Positions 63,124 to 64,000 of a stretch of 64,000 bases of DNA are shown here, piece after piece. Each line of letters opens with the position of its first letter. Position 1 is the first letter of the stretch. The position numbers and the translations under genes are program-made. Source of the DNA: Podarcis melisellensis (lineage: Eukaryota); assembly GCA_964234715.1 (NCBI GenBank), contig OZ174289.1. One strand, written 5' to 3'. The notes under the pieces were generated by a model. That model was not told the origin of the DNA. It did no database searches and saw nothing but the letters and a program-made list of their open reading frames with translations.

Positions 63124-64000
63124 GCTTTTACAGATCGTTACAATTGGCATTTCTAGCCTTTTCAGTACAGTCCAGAAAGCAGAGAAGTTGTAGCATCTGC
63201 AATCTGAATTCTGCTTTCCTGTTCTTGTGCGTTGACCAAAGACATGCCGAGAACGTGTGCTGGAGGATGCCAATGAACAAATATGCAAAGTAGTTTTAAA
63301 AATCCAGTTCATTTTTATTAGTGTTGGACAGCAGGCTAGTTTTCAAATGGGTGCTCTAGAATTGGGTTTACTGCAAACTTGCTTCAGTTTTGCACTTTGA
63401 AATCCATGCAAAGGTGAGCATTTGCCTCCTGGAACTCCCTGTTTGACAGGCCAGAATCATCATTCTATGGGTGGCAATGTTTGCACAATGAGTATCCTTT
63501 GCTCCAGGGTGGGCAATTTAGTAGCTAAATGTCTCCCACAAGAGGCATTTATGGCGGTGGTGGCTCTTTTGTTTTCTTTTTTAAGGCTGCACTGACTGGA
63601 CACCCTTTTTAAATCCAAATGTGTATTTCAACATTTTGAACCACTAACTCGATATGTCTCGAGCTAGGACTTGTTGACTTCTACTGTAGTTTTTTTTCAT
63701 GAAAGTCGAGAAGGCCTGGTTTCTGGCCTTTTGTTTCTTCATGAGAAGGTGTGACACTGCCTAAATGTTTCTTACTATGAAACACACGGAACGTGAGGCT
63801 GCAGTCAGGGTTGTTTCTGGTGTTTTGATAATGGCTTGCAAGCTGCTTTTGGGTTATATGTTGATCCCAGTCTAAAAAAACCCAAAGGAAACCCCAAGCC
63901 CTCTACTTGATTGATTGCACTAATCCTAAAATGGCTGCTGGTGGCCCATTTCTATTTTGTGTTGAGTACACTTCAAGAGGGATGTGCTTGCCTTAAGTTG

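Overview
Vertebrate genomic DNA from a squamate, probably a lacertid lizard judging by the Sauria/Squam1-type and Squam3-type SINEs and BovB. It holds two complete, divergently oriented protein-coding genes. ZC4H2 is on the minus strand (5 coding exons, 24385->13791, 224 aa, coiled coil plus C-terminal zinc finger). ZC3H12B/Regnase-2 is on the plus strand (5 coding exons, 54871->61592, 832 aa, PIN/NYN RNase plus CCCH finger). I checked the GT-AG junctions and phases of both by hand. A CpG island at ~30950-31750 between them is the likely shared promoter. The rest is intronic or intergenic and dense in transposon relics (TA-flanked Tc1/mariner-type MITEs, 8-bp-TSD hAT MITEs, SINEs, BovB, CR1, L2, L1, a Penelope-like inverted repeat) plus microsatellites. 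I see no clearly novel multi-gene system. The best leads are a phase-compatible spliced uORF and nested uORFs ahead of Regnase-2, apparent absence of the LVPRG MALT1-type motif, a chain-of-palindromes array inside a MITE, and a templated-insertion-like duplication upstream of ZC4H2. Repeat family names and comparisons with human proteins come from recall, not database searches.
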